NCBI RefSeq assembly: GCF_036321535.1 | Contig: NC_087436.1 | Location: 8,804,001-8,868,000, forward strand | Origin: Camelus dromedarius | Lineage: Eukaryota | Direction of reading: 5' to 3' | Length of the DNA: 64,000 nt | Shown: one piece after another, positions 41,006 to 53,122 of the stretch | How positions within the stretch are numbered: the first letter of the stretch is position 1 | How the letters are laid out: each line of letters starts with the position of its first letter | The notes under the pieces: generated by a model | The model's input: the letters and a program-made list of their open reading frames with translations, nothing else | Told to the model about the DNA's origin: nothing | Databases searched by the model: none | Program-made: the position numbers and the translations under genes

Positions 41006-41485
41006 TGAAGTGGGAGGAAGGAGGGCAGGGGGCAACCATTGAAGGAATGACACAGCAATGAGGACAGGACACACTGGTTAGAACCAAGATGGCGGAAAAT
41101 TCGACTTCCAGTAGACCCTGAGCCTCATGGCGCACCCACAGGGCCATGACAGTTCCCAGGCTGACCGTTAAAGGTCAAAAACTGAGCGGGGGGAGGGGGC
41201 TGTTTCCTGTAAATCCTCACCCCTTCCCCAAAGTAGCTGGAATAATCCTCCTACCATTAGCATATGCAATTACTGAGCCCATAAAACCTAACTCCCCACC
41301 TCTCAGTCACTCCCTCTCTCTGGCCTTCTGAGACGGCCTGAACTCTGTCTGTGGAGTGTGTATGTGTTTTTACTTTAAACTGAACACCCCGCACCTCTCG
41401 GCTTCTCTCCCTCTCGCCTTGCTGAGATGGCCCTCATTCTGCCTATGGAGTGCGCATCTCCTAAGCTGCTCTCCCTTCTGAGTGA
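41006..41485 (+). mobile_element. ERV1 LTR (MER41-like), copy 2, 3'-truncated with an internal repeat
   Basis: Shares gacacagcaatgaggacaggacacactggttagaaccaagatggcggaa with copy 3 and related blocks with copy 1. Confidence 0.85.
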
Positions 41486-43019
41486 ACCTTCTTTTTGTAA
41501 CAAATGATCATTAACCTTCATTCTTTCCCTACACTTGAACCTGCCAAGAGAAACGTGTTGATACCTTAAGCCACTTCATCCTGAAATCTCTATTTCAAGC
41601 ATTACAAGTCTGTTTGAGGAATAGCGTATGTTCTTCGAACCACAAATGTATGACCATGTAGTCAGATGCCTGACCGCACTGGTCATATACACAACACCAA
41701 GGGGAGAAACCTGGTGTGTGAACATGTTTCAGATAAAGAAAATTCCTAATGGATGTTGAGGCCTTTGCAGTGAGCTGTTATCCTAGGAGGTATACATTGG
41801 AACATTAAACCAATTTGGAGCATATCGCTACAAGGACACATGCCACTGAAGCAGGGACTAGTAAAGTGCAGATTTCACCAAAGATCCAGAGACAGCAATT
41901 CTCACTGTTGGAGAAGACAATTTAGGAGAAACAAGAGAGAGATTCAGAACACAGAGATGAGTCTCAGACACCTGTTTAGATCTGGGGAATAGAACACCAA
42001 ACGAGTGAGGTTTCACACCTCATCAGCTTGGTTCTAGGAAAAAGTCAGAACATCTGATTTTGCCTTTAGTCCACAGACCTGGCTACTGGCCAAGACCATT
42101 CCGTTCTACAAGCTCATTCTGAATGGGGTCCACACAATATAGCACAGATTCAAGAAAAGACACAGGGACACCCAGAACAAAATAAATTAAATGTCCATTT
42201 ACCTGTTGTCAATAAAGAGAGGGTAGAAAGTTAAAAACAAACATGCTCCCCCCAAAAATCCCCTTTACATGTCATTGAATAAATACTAAATCAAATACTA
42301 ACTTTGTCGCAGTAATTAAGACATTCATATGGGAGAAGAGAGAGTGATGATCTGGTCTCTTCCTGTAAAACCTAACTTGACAGATAACTGGTTCTCCCTT
42401 CTCATCCAACTCTGTATCCTTTGGGGAGGCAGAAATTGTCACCCAAGTGGTGAAAATGGACGTAATATACAACTGAGGAAGGGGAGAGGCAGGAGACTTC
42501 ACCTGGCTGTGAGGGTGTAAAAATTAGGGCAGAAAACAGAGGAGAGGAATTTCCTCTAGCGTCAAGGACTGAAGATATATTTCCCCCGAGGAAAGAGTGT
42601 GCCAGATACTGGCTTTTGATATCAGCGTTGTGATAGTCTATAACTTGCCTTTTGTTTTTAAGAAAGGAAGATGCTGACAACTATTAAATCTGATGTATTT
42701 GATTATACACACTCAGGAGGAGGATCCAGAGCAGAACCCTGTTGTTTCTGGATTCCTTAACCCAGGCTAAGGAATTGGGAGCCCCAGAGAAAGTGAAGGA
42801 CTTGAAATTGAGAGAGAGACTTGGGGACCTCATTGGTGGTGTAGGAGGTGCAAAGCAGGCTCTGGACAGAACACCAGGAAAGGAAAGGTGTACGGAGTGC
42901 TTCATCTAAACCGGATTTCAACCAGGGATTTGTGTCATGTGTGACATAAACCCCTCCTCTGTCTCCTTGGTAGAGCTTCAATCATTCAACCAAGTCCACA
43001 TTGCATTTTGCAAATGGAT

Positions 43020-43053
43020 TTGTGTGTGTGTGTGCATGTGCGTGTGCGTGTGT
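43020..43053. repeat. Imperfect (TG)n microsatellite
   Basis: tgtgtgtgtgtgtgcatgtgcgtgtgcgtgtgt. Confidence 0.85.
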
Positions 43054-43959
43054 AGCTCAAAGATGAATGCAAAGAGACACCAGACACCTGGGTTATGGTA
43101 ATGTAATCATAATATTATTACTGTTACTACTATTATTATCATCACTATTACTCAATTACTACACTATTAGTAGTAACTGAGGACCTATGTATGTTTAAAA
43201 TACTGAAATTGTAAAAATCATCAATTACAATGTATTGTTTCTTCCTTACTCAAAACATTGCTTTCAGTTATTTCTTATAACTTGGGTTTATGGGCAAGAA
43301 AAACCGGCATGAAATTCAGTATTTGATAGTTTTGATATGTAGAGATATTTCAGTATAGTAAATACCAGCATCTCCAAATAAGATATGTGCTGTATTTATT
43401 TTAAGTTCCATTCAATCTACCATCGCATATGTAAAGGCATGGGCACTGCATACGCTGGGGAAAGTGCCCAGTATCACAGTAGTCATTGAATGATACGTAC
43501 TTGTCTCTAGGCTAGAACTCAGGACTTAATAACATCCATGCTAACTATATGAGTTATGTTGATTAATACTTCAAACGAGATGGGCAAACCAAATACAAAT
43601 TGAAAAAATGCTACCGTTTATTTTTTCCCATCTCTTGGAATAACCAAAATCATCTTTCATCTTTTGCAAGAGCAAATGTTTTCATTATACAATGGGTATT
43701 AAAACTTTCCAGACCTTTAATAATGTATATGGTGGACTTCTGGCTTATAATGGCTATGAATTCATGGTATTTGATTCATTCTCACCTCCATCCAACCCAA
43801 AACATTAAAAAATGCACAGGGTAGCCTGGAAGGAAGTACTGATCAGTTGCTCCTTCACTAACTCAAGCACAGGTGCCCCCTTTTATTTTTATTAATATCA
43901 CAGTACCCACAGGAAACTTAAATGTGAAAATACAATTAAAGCTAGCAATGACATCATGT

Positions 43960-44175
43960 TTTCTATGTGCTAGCCCCGTATCTAAGAAACTTACATATTC
44001 TAAATAATATTGAGATCACATCCAAATTACATCCTAGGTACTATTATCATAGCTAATATTTAGAAAAGGAAACTGAGACACAGAGGTCAGGCAACTTGCC
44101 AAAGGTCGCACAGGCAGTTAAGCAGTAGAGATGGGATTTGAACCCAGATTCTAGAATCAAAGTTCTTAACTAATA
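43960..44175 (-). mobile_element. MIR SINE
   Basis: ggaaactgagacacagaggtcaggcaacttgccaaaggtcgcacag...gggatttgaacccag. Confidence 0.85.
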
Positions 44176-45440
44176 CGGTGTGGTCATAAAAACGGTCCTT
44201 TTTGAAAAATATTTGAGGACTTCATGGGGGTAGTGCCGTTCACGCCTTTGCTATTTGAGAAATTACTCGCTTTTGATTTTTGAAATGCGTATCCCATCTT
44301 CATCTTTGTTGACTTCTCTTCTTCAGTTATTACCTGTTTTAACTCTTCCAGACCCTCAATTGTCAAATCGACCAGCATTCTAACATTGTATCAACTTCAT
44401 AAAACATGATGCCTTTGAAACTCCAGTTTTGCTTTGTGATACGTTTGCACTTTATAGTTGGATATTCTCAACGTACAAAAATCAGCCTCCAGCTGAAAGA
44501 CTAAACGCACAGGTGTTGACGTTCACATTAATGGGCGGAAGCAGTGGGTCGAATGAGATCTATTTCCCTGACGGGTCAGCTCATCTTAGCAAATAGTTTC
44601 TCGCTGTGACAAGCTGTTAACTGTGATACTGGAGGTCTTACCCCCTTTCTATTGTTTTTTATTATGTCTTTCTTCTCATCTAGAAAGGCCTCTAGGTTCT
44701 AATTTCCTTGAAAATCTGCAAGAGAAGCTTTAGAATACATAGCCATTATGTGGAGTAAAAATAAAATGTGTGCAGCCAGCTTTCATGCTGCATTTATAAA
44801 ACCTCAAGACCAAATTATGTTCTTTAATTTTTACTTGTCACTGGCAGTATCTTAGAGTTACACATCACATTTCTGCTAATAAGACCTTGTAAATTATTAA
44901 CAGACACCATTATGGTTCTTTCCCTTTTACTCTTTTAATTTAAATTATTTTCAAATTTGATCTTAAATTATGAGATCATATATTTCCAAGTTTATTATTA
45001 AGGTCAGATGTATTATTGGTTATACTGCTTGGCATATAGGTGCTTAAAATGCACCTGTAACCTAAAAATACACAAATCCAACACAATATTTGTGCTAGAA
45101 ATATATTACATCTTTTCCAGAGTGCCTGTTATAGTCTTCTGGGTTTTTTAAATTTCATTAACTGCTGACAAAAGAGATATTAACTTTTCCACTATTACTG
45201 TTGAAGGCGAGGTACTGACTTCTGTGGGATGTATGCAGAAGTTCATAAACATCACCTTCCCTGGTCCCCCCTTGTAGGTACCTCAGGGATGGCCAAGATA
45301 TAAATGGGATTCTGATGATCCTTTCGGCTCTTGCCTCATAACTTTCAGATGAACTGGAAGGGCAATTTTCAGATGTAACAGTGAGTCCAGATCAAAGGGA
45401 GCAGAGTAAACTAACCTAAACTTTATAGCAGGTGATTTTA

Positions 45441-46276
45441 TTTTGGGTTGAGTTGTCTTCTCCCAAATGACATTTTAAAGCCTTAACCCTAAGTACCTCA
45501 GAATGTAAGCTTTTTTGGAAATAGAGTCCTTGAAAACGTCATTAGAGAATATAAGATGAGGGTCTGCTGGAGGAGGGTGCACCCTTACTCCAATACGAGT
45601 GATGTCTTAAAAAGAATGTGAACTAGGAAACCACAATGCACATGGAGGTGGCCCAGACACAGCTGACCACACCATTGGGAAAAAATGGGAAACCCAAGAA
45701 AAAGTGCCAATTAGAAAAATGATGAGGGTTTGTGTCAAGCAAAGATCAACATCTCAGGTTCTTTTCACTTCACGTCGTTATTCCTGCTGACGATACGTCC
45801 CTCCTTCCTGAGCTGACACAGGTTTATTGGAGGAGAGAGAGCCGATTGGGACATACTTTTTTGATCGAGCCTCTGCTGGTGAGACTCCATCTTGGGGCCA
45901 AGCTCCAGGTTTCAGTGGCAGAGATTTGCTTTCCTAGACATCTCTCTCTCTCTCTCTCTCTCCCTTTTTTTTTTTTTTTTTCAAAGAAACCTGATAGTCT
46001 CTTAAAAAGAAGATACAAGATGATGTGAAGACAACTACACAGAGAGAAGCTGTGTGACCACAGAGGCAGAGACTGCAGTGAGGCGTCTAAAGCCAAGGAT
46101 GCCCAGTGCTGCCAGAAGCTGAAAGAGGCAAGAAGATACTCCTCCTCTGAGGCTTCGGAGGGAGCGTGGATGGGCCAAGACCTCGATCTCAGACCCTGAG
46201 CCTCCAGAACCGAGAGCGAGGTTGGTGTGCCCCCAGTGTGCGATGTTTTTTTCCCGCCACCCTAGGAACTAATATA
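45441..46276 (+). mobile_element. MaLR solo LTR (MLT1C-like) split by a 383-bp unknown insert
   Basis: tgggttgagttgt...gtacctcagaatgt...tggaaatag before the insert; agaggcagagactgcagtga...ccagaagctgaaagaggcaag...ctaggaactaata after it. Confidence 0.8.
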
Positions 46277-47913
46277 AACTTGGATGTAGCAGAATCTTGA
46301 CACTTGCGTAGGTGAAATGCTGATACTGCTGTTTTCTAGTGATTTGGATTTTTTTCCTTTGGATTCAGAAGTGGATAATATGACAATAATTAGACTCAGA
46401 CAGATCATGTGTCATACCCAACCAGTGGTTACAGCAGTGTAGACAGGTTAATAAAGACTAAAAATTATTAAAAAAATAAAAAAGTAAGAAACAAAAACAA
46501 AACTCCAATATATTCTAATATGTCAGACACACATAGAGCAAGGTGACATGCCTTAATTATAAACTCACTTTTCCTGAATTAACTAGTCATCTCTTCTTAT
46601 TACTACAGATATAAAATTCTAAAGAGTTTCATTCCTGAAAACTAAATTAGGAGAAATAGAACAAAATAGATATCTTAAATAAAATTTTTCTCATTTTACC
46701 CTCAAATTCCAGAGTTTAATTCCATAAATCCCATTGCCTGGGACTTAGTAACTACTAAATAAATGTAGGTTGAATTAAAAAAGATAATGAAAATGATGGA
46801 TATTTTCATTAACTGGATTGACGAAAACTGTACTCAACTTTGTCACAAGGTCACATTATATGAAGCCTCCATACTAAGTTACACTATTCCAAAGCATAGA
46901 AATACTTGCGTAATAAGACCAATATTCCATACTGCTGGATTTTATAAATAAGCGATAGAATTAGTTATAAAGGTTGAATGGCATGATGTTGTGGAAATAG
47001 ACAACTGAGTCTTTCTGGAAAATGATATTCCCTGCTAAGCATGACAGCAAAACCCATCTTAAGATACATTTTGGAAATCATCAAGAAGTCAGCAAAACTC
47101 CTCATGCTACCACCGTCTTCCTAGTCACCCGAGATTGTGTGGTTCTCTCCATTGCTCACTAAAACCTATGTATGTTTTTGGACAAATCTTATGTCCCTTA
47201 TTTTACATTTCTACAACTAGTTTAGATTCTTAAATCTGGGGATTACAGTTTCCTTCAGAGGAGTCTGTCTATCTCAATAATACACACATAAAAATTTTCT
47301 GTTTTTTCCAAAGTAGCTCACATAGAGATTTTTTGAATATTAAAATATTCTCTTTAATAATGAGTTTTTAATATGTAAAAAAAAAACTTTTGGTGACAAA
47401 TTTCAAAGAAACAAAATTGAATAATGTGGACTTCATATTAAAACCAGATTTGATATATTATAATTGATCTTTGATTATTGAAAAAGTACTAAAATATGTG
47501 AGTGATTTAATACCTTCTTAAATCACATATTTACATTATGTTATAGATATACTCAACTGCCCTTGAATACCAGATAGACAAGTTTCTGTTGACTGATAGA
47601 AAATTAAACTTTACAGAAGCCCCAGAAAATATTTGGAAATATCTTATAAATCCTATAAGACAGAGAACTGGTAATTCCTTTAGATATTTAAGGTATATTA
47701 AAAGTAGACATCTCTCTTAAACTGTACGAGAGCATATAAATGTAATTTAAAATTAATACAGCTGATAGAGTAATCAATGTTTTCTTGTAAAATATTTTAT
47801 GTCTACACTTAAATAATATAGATAAAACATAGATTTTATCAATATAGAGTAAATTCACACAAATGTAAATATATTGTATGTGCTCTACTTAAATAAGCAT
47901 GTTAATTTAATCA

Positions 47914-48132
<219 letters not shown>

Positions 48133-48804
48133 TTATTTTCAAAGCAGTATCATCAAAAAGGAATCATGGATTTTATTAATGTTTAGAGTAGACATCTAGC
48201 AGACAACATACTTTGTACATCAGTGTCATATATCTACTTTGCATACTTTATCACTCGCACAAGGTGAAAAAAGGAATGGGCTATTTTCATGGGAGGGTAG
48301 ACATTTTTCATTTGTACCGAATCTAATAACAGCGTATATGCTGTGTGTTTTCTCTGTGCCAACGTCATTGGTTCTGTGAAGGACTTAGGAAAACATGACA
48401 GCTTCAATTAGCTCCAGTGTTGAAATGCATTTTCTTAGTTTAACTCCACACTGTGTGTTCCTATAGTGATGATTTCATAGGTTCTGAACAGGAAGCTCAG
48501 GGAGATGAAACAGTGCCCCAAGGCAGAGGGTTAGATGGTGCTAGATTTTGCACTTAAACCCATACATATCTGGCTCCAAAATAGTACAGCAAGTTTTTCA
48601 CTGGAAGTATGTTTTTTAGATTTGGATCTCTTTTGAAGAAGTTGTGTGTATGTATGTGTATGTGTGTTTACATTTTTTTCTTGATTCTATTTTTAATGAT
48701 GCTAAGCTCATATTTGTATTCTTCCAAAAGTCTTTACCTAATTTTTCTGATATTTCTCTCTCTCTCCTTTAGAGCACTTGGAGCTTAACATGATATATGT
48801 TTGC

Positions 48805-48854
48805 TTTTTTTTTTTTTGAAGTATAACGAGTTTACAACGTTGTGTCAATTTCGG
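48805..48854 (-). mobile_element. Extremely truncated L1 (poly-A plus about 37 nt of 3' end)
   Basis: T-run, then gaagtataacgagtttacaacgttgtgtcaatttc. TSD ta(t/c)gtttgc at 48796-48804 and 48855-48863. Confidence 0.75.
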
Positions 48855-50309
48855 TACGTTTGCATTTTTTATCTTGAAGTTTTAACCTTGAAAATATCAC
48901 TTTCACAACAAAAGTATGAGCTTATTGAAGTAACAATGCATTCCATATTTTCAGCATCTCCCATAAAATAACCAGCGGAATCCTGGGAACCGCAGAGATA
49001 ATAGAAATAACTGTTTGGCTTAATATCTTTGAAAGTAATCGCAATTTCTCTAATATTGTTACATGATTATTTTACGAAGAATTTTTCTTCCAGTGGTCTC
49101 CATGCCGATGTCTTTATAAATGATGCATTGAATTGAAATGCATACTACAGATAGTAAATTGATATAAAACATACTACAGAAAAGACAGGTGCAGGATATA
49201 ATTTCAAAATGAAAAAGTAGGTATTATATTAGCTAAGAATTTTTACAACATTTTAAGGAAAAAGCTAACATTACAATTGTGGTTCATTTTGACAATGAGG
49301 CTTTAACAGAATCTATAATTTTAAAGAAGGTTTCTGAAGATTTTTAAATATGTATCTGAGAAGCATGAGGGTGAAAAACAATATTTGAAGTCTCATTAAC
49401 TTTCAAGACAAGATGGAAAACAATCTCTGCCAGAGCGATGGGAAACTATCTTATTTTTTAAGACTGTGAAATAACTACTGTTGTTCAGCAATTTTAGTGT
49501 TTAGCAATCCTGTCAAGAACTTCTTTCTTACCACAAAATGTAAACTTTGTGCCACCGATTAAGTCAATTTTGCATTATCTTGTTCTCAGTAAAGAAGAAT
49601 GATATGTTTCCATAATAGCAAGGACATCACTGACAAGAGAGAGAGATAAATCCAGAGCAGTAGGGAGCAATTTGGATGTCGGTGAAAACTGCCAAAGAGG
49701 AGCCTTCAAATATGTGCGTGCATGTGTCTGCATTGAGAAGAGGGAGACACTGTGATCAAAGAGTGGGGAAAGCAGAACAGGACATCCCACAGCATTATCT
49801 GGAATTTCTGTATTTGACCTTGGACCAGCATGTCCTTTCATATTTGACTGATGGGGAGAAGGATGGAGTTTGGGGGACCTGACCTGGGTCCATCAGTGAT
49901 GAGAGGATAAGAACATGGGAAACGGAATTTAAATGATGAACATATTTTAACCAATATTTGAAATTTCAGGGGAGGAGATACAGTTTGGGTTGTCACACTC
50001 TAAATCTGATCAAATCAAGTAATATGATCATCGTAACACTCTCTACTAATACGTTGTTCATTTCCCAAATTATAAGTTTCCTGGCAAGTCCAGACATTGA
50101 GGTGGTTGCTGGACATCCAAAGAAAACAAAAATAAAAGGACTGTAGTCAAGGCATTCATATTCTATGGAAATGCACAATAAACAGTCATAAAATTATATA
50201 AAACTTTGTAGGATTTTTAGATTTAAAAATAATGTCAAGTTTTTTTTAGTAATAAATAGGTACAGCTGTTATTTATAACAGATACATGTAATGCAGGCTT
50301 CCTATGTTC

Positions 50310-50475
50310 CATGAACTTCATACATATTAAATCATTTAACTCTCCTCACAATCCAACAAGAAAGACCGCACAATTACTACTATTCTACAGATGAAGAACT
50401 CGGGCACAGAGAGTCAATAACTTGTTCAAAGTTACAGAGCGAGATAGGAACACAGTGATTTGTACACCCAGGCAA
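50310..50475 (-). mobile_element. MIR SINE relic
   Basis: atcatttaactctcctcacaatcc...tacagatgaagaactcgggcacagagagtcaataacttgttcaaagttacag. Confidence 0.75.
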
Positions 50476-52334
50476 TATCTCCTTTATCCTTTATTTTCTA
50501 ATTTTCTTATCCTCAGAACTCAATTTTAAAATCAACTGATACATGGGTTCAGCACCTTCATCTAATGGTTATTTGAAAAGTGAAAGACAAATATAATAAT
50601 AAACTCCAGATTATATCACTGCTCCAATTACAGGTAGAGAAAGAACTTGTAAAGGGAGGGGGAAAAAAGGAGTATCTGAGAAATAGCAGGAAAAGTACAG
50701 GAAAGTACTGGCAAGGAAGCTAAAGGGAAAAGGACTTTTCAAGAAAGAGGGTGTCATGACCTATTCAATGCTTCAGGGTAAAAGCAAGGTACACAGTAAA
50801 ACACGCCCATGGGATGCCCTAAGGTGGAGGCAACTGGTGACATTAAAGAAAAATTTTAGCAAATAAATGGAGAATTCATATTACAATGGATTAAAATGAG
50901 TAAACACAAAATGAAGATTTAGAAATATTAAATGGTTACCACCCTTTTAATAAATATCAATGAAAAAAAGAACTAGCAATATTAATGAAAAAAAGAATAG
51001 ATGCTTAGAAACAAACACTGATGTAGATTAAGAAACCACATCCACAAATAACACCAGGAAGGAGGGTAAGGAGTTTTTATTTGTTTGTTTGCTTTGATAG
51101 AATTCCTTTCTCAATACTTAACCAACATCTGGCATTACATTGGTGTACGGAAAGGGAAAGAAATGTTCTCCTGAGCTCACTTCCTGCTCTTGGAGACCAG
51201 TTATGAATCCCCTCTGTTGTCCCTGCTCTAGAAACTGAGAACAAGACACTTGAGGTCCCACCTGGTGGGATCTGTACCACCTCTTCTCATGAGTGCGCTG
51301 CCTCTGGGGCCACGCTGACTCTGGACTCAGGGGCAGTTAAAATCCACCCGGCCTTTTGGGTCCTGGAACCACGCAGAATCTCTGACTTTCAAATGGCTGC
51401 ACCTGTGTAGCTGGTGGTGCCTCTCCCAGTCTCTATGGGAATGAGGATAATTACAATTTATATGTTCGACAGTACAGTCATCTGTTCTGAGTACACAAGT
51501 GCTCAACTTACAGATTCTGTCAGGTATGCCTGGTATGAGTTTTTCAAAGGCTGTAATTTGTTCTTATCTCTGTGAAATTACACTTTTATCCACCACCCCC
51601 ATTCATCAGTAAAAAGTATCAATTCCTGCCAACACAAAAATATTCAAATCTAAATATTAGAATTATTTACAGTGAATGTTAGAAGAATATTATTTGTCTC
51701 TTTTTAGCATTTATAATTAGAATTTTATTAGTTTGATTCTAATATAAGCTGAAATCTTAGAAACCCAAAGAATACAAATTAAATGCTTTTATGGTAGTGT
51801 CATTTCTATTCACTTATTAGAATCCATATCAGAATTGATTTTTCCTCAGACTATTCAGTAACTGCTAATAGAAACTTTTATAAGCTATTAGAAAAATATT
51901 TTCTATTTATACCCTAGGGAATATATCAAAACTTTAGTATGTTGATTTAATATGCATATATGAATCAAATTCAACCATGGAAAACCATTTTACTTATATT
52001 AATTTGTAAGTTATTAAATGATGTGTAGGAAGGAATTTAAACTATCTTGGTTAAAATAATCTGAACAAAATTAAGATAAACTTTAAATGGAGTATCTATT
52101 TAAATGTATAAAAGATAAGGGTATAAATTGTCTCATATTACATAAATTTACTTAAATATACATATTAAAAGGTGTTTACAGTTACACATAAGATTAATGT
52201 AAAATTGCTATATTTCAGATACTTGTCTAATTCTTGAAATTTACTAATATAAACACACATATACATACCACTTTGTAACTTTGTACATTGAAAAGCTTAT
52301 TATTTTTCTATAGAGAGGACATTTTTTAAACAAT

Positions 52335-53122
52335 GGGCTTTATTTTTAGATCAGTTTTATTTTCACAGAAAAACTGATCATAAGTATAGATTTTTCCATA
52401 AACTCTCTGACCCCTCAACATACACAGACTGCCCCACTATCAACACTCCACAACAATCAATGAATATATAGTGACATACCATTGTCACAAAAAGTTCAGC
52501 ATTTATATCACAGTTCATTAAGCACTTGGGGTTCTTAGTGTTACATATTCTATGGGTTTTGACAAATATATAGTGACATGTATGCATATGTATCATACAG
52601 TATAGTTTCACTGCCCTAAAGATCCTCTGTGCTCTGCCTGTTCCTCTCTGTCCTCCTTAACCCCTGACAGCCACTGATCTTTTTACTGTCTTCATAGTTT
52701 TGCCTTTTTCAGATTGTCATATAGTTGGACTCATACAGTGTGTAGTCTTCTCAGACTGGTTTCCACTGTCTCAGTATGCTACAGTTTATCCATTTGCCTA
52801 CCGAAGGGCATCTTTGTTGCTTCTGAGTTTTGACAATTATGAATAAAGCTGCTCTAAACATCCATGTTTAGGTATTTGTATGAGTTTAAGTTTTCAACTC
52901 CTTTGGATAAATACCAAGGAGCATAATTACTGGATCATATGTAAGATTATGTTTAGTTTTATAAAAAAATCTCCAAGCTGTCTTCCAAAGTGGCTGCACC
53001 ATTTTGCATTCTCATCAGCAATGACTGAGAGTTCCTGTAGCTCCACATCCTCTCCAGCATTTGATGTTGTCAGTGTTTTGGACTTCACCATTCTAAGAGG
53101 TGCATAGTGGCATCTCGTTGTT
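52335..53122 (-). mobile_element. Old L1 (L1MB/L1MC-type) 3' region
   Basis: tttatttttagatcagttt...ttctatgggttttgacaaat...gtcttccaaagtggctgcaccattttgcattctcatcagcaatga. Confidence 0.85.

Noticed and set aside
38828..41485. Two same-orientation related LTRs 1.7 kb apart as the ends of one deleted provirus
   Set aside because: The first LTR has its own TSD (gctt) on both sides and the copies are visibly diverged. The interval contains an older L2 relic and no primer-binding site or gag/pol sequence.
41700..42950. Possible old ERVL-type LTR relics (also about 57470-57720)
   Set aside because: The composition is suggestive, but I could not match termini or a consensus well enough to call them.
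45719..45790. C/D-box snoRNA (ATGATGA...CTGA, 72 nt)
   Set aside because: There is no terminal stem, no recognisable rRNA guide, and it is antisense to the host gene. Such short boxes arise by chance.
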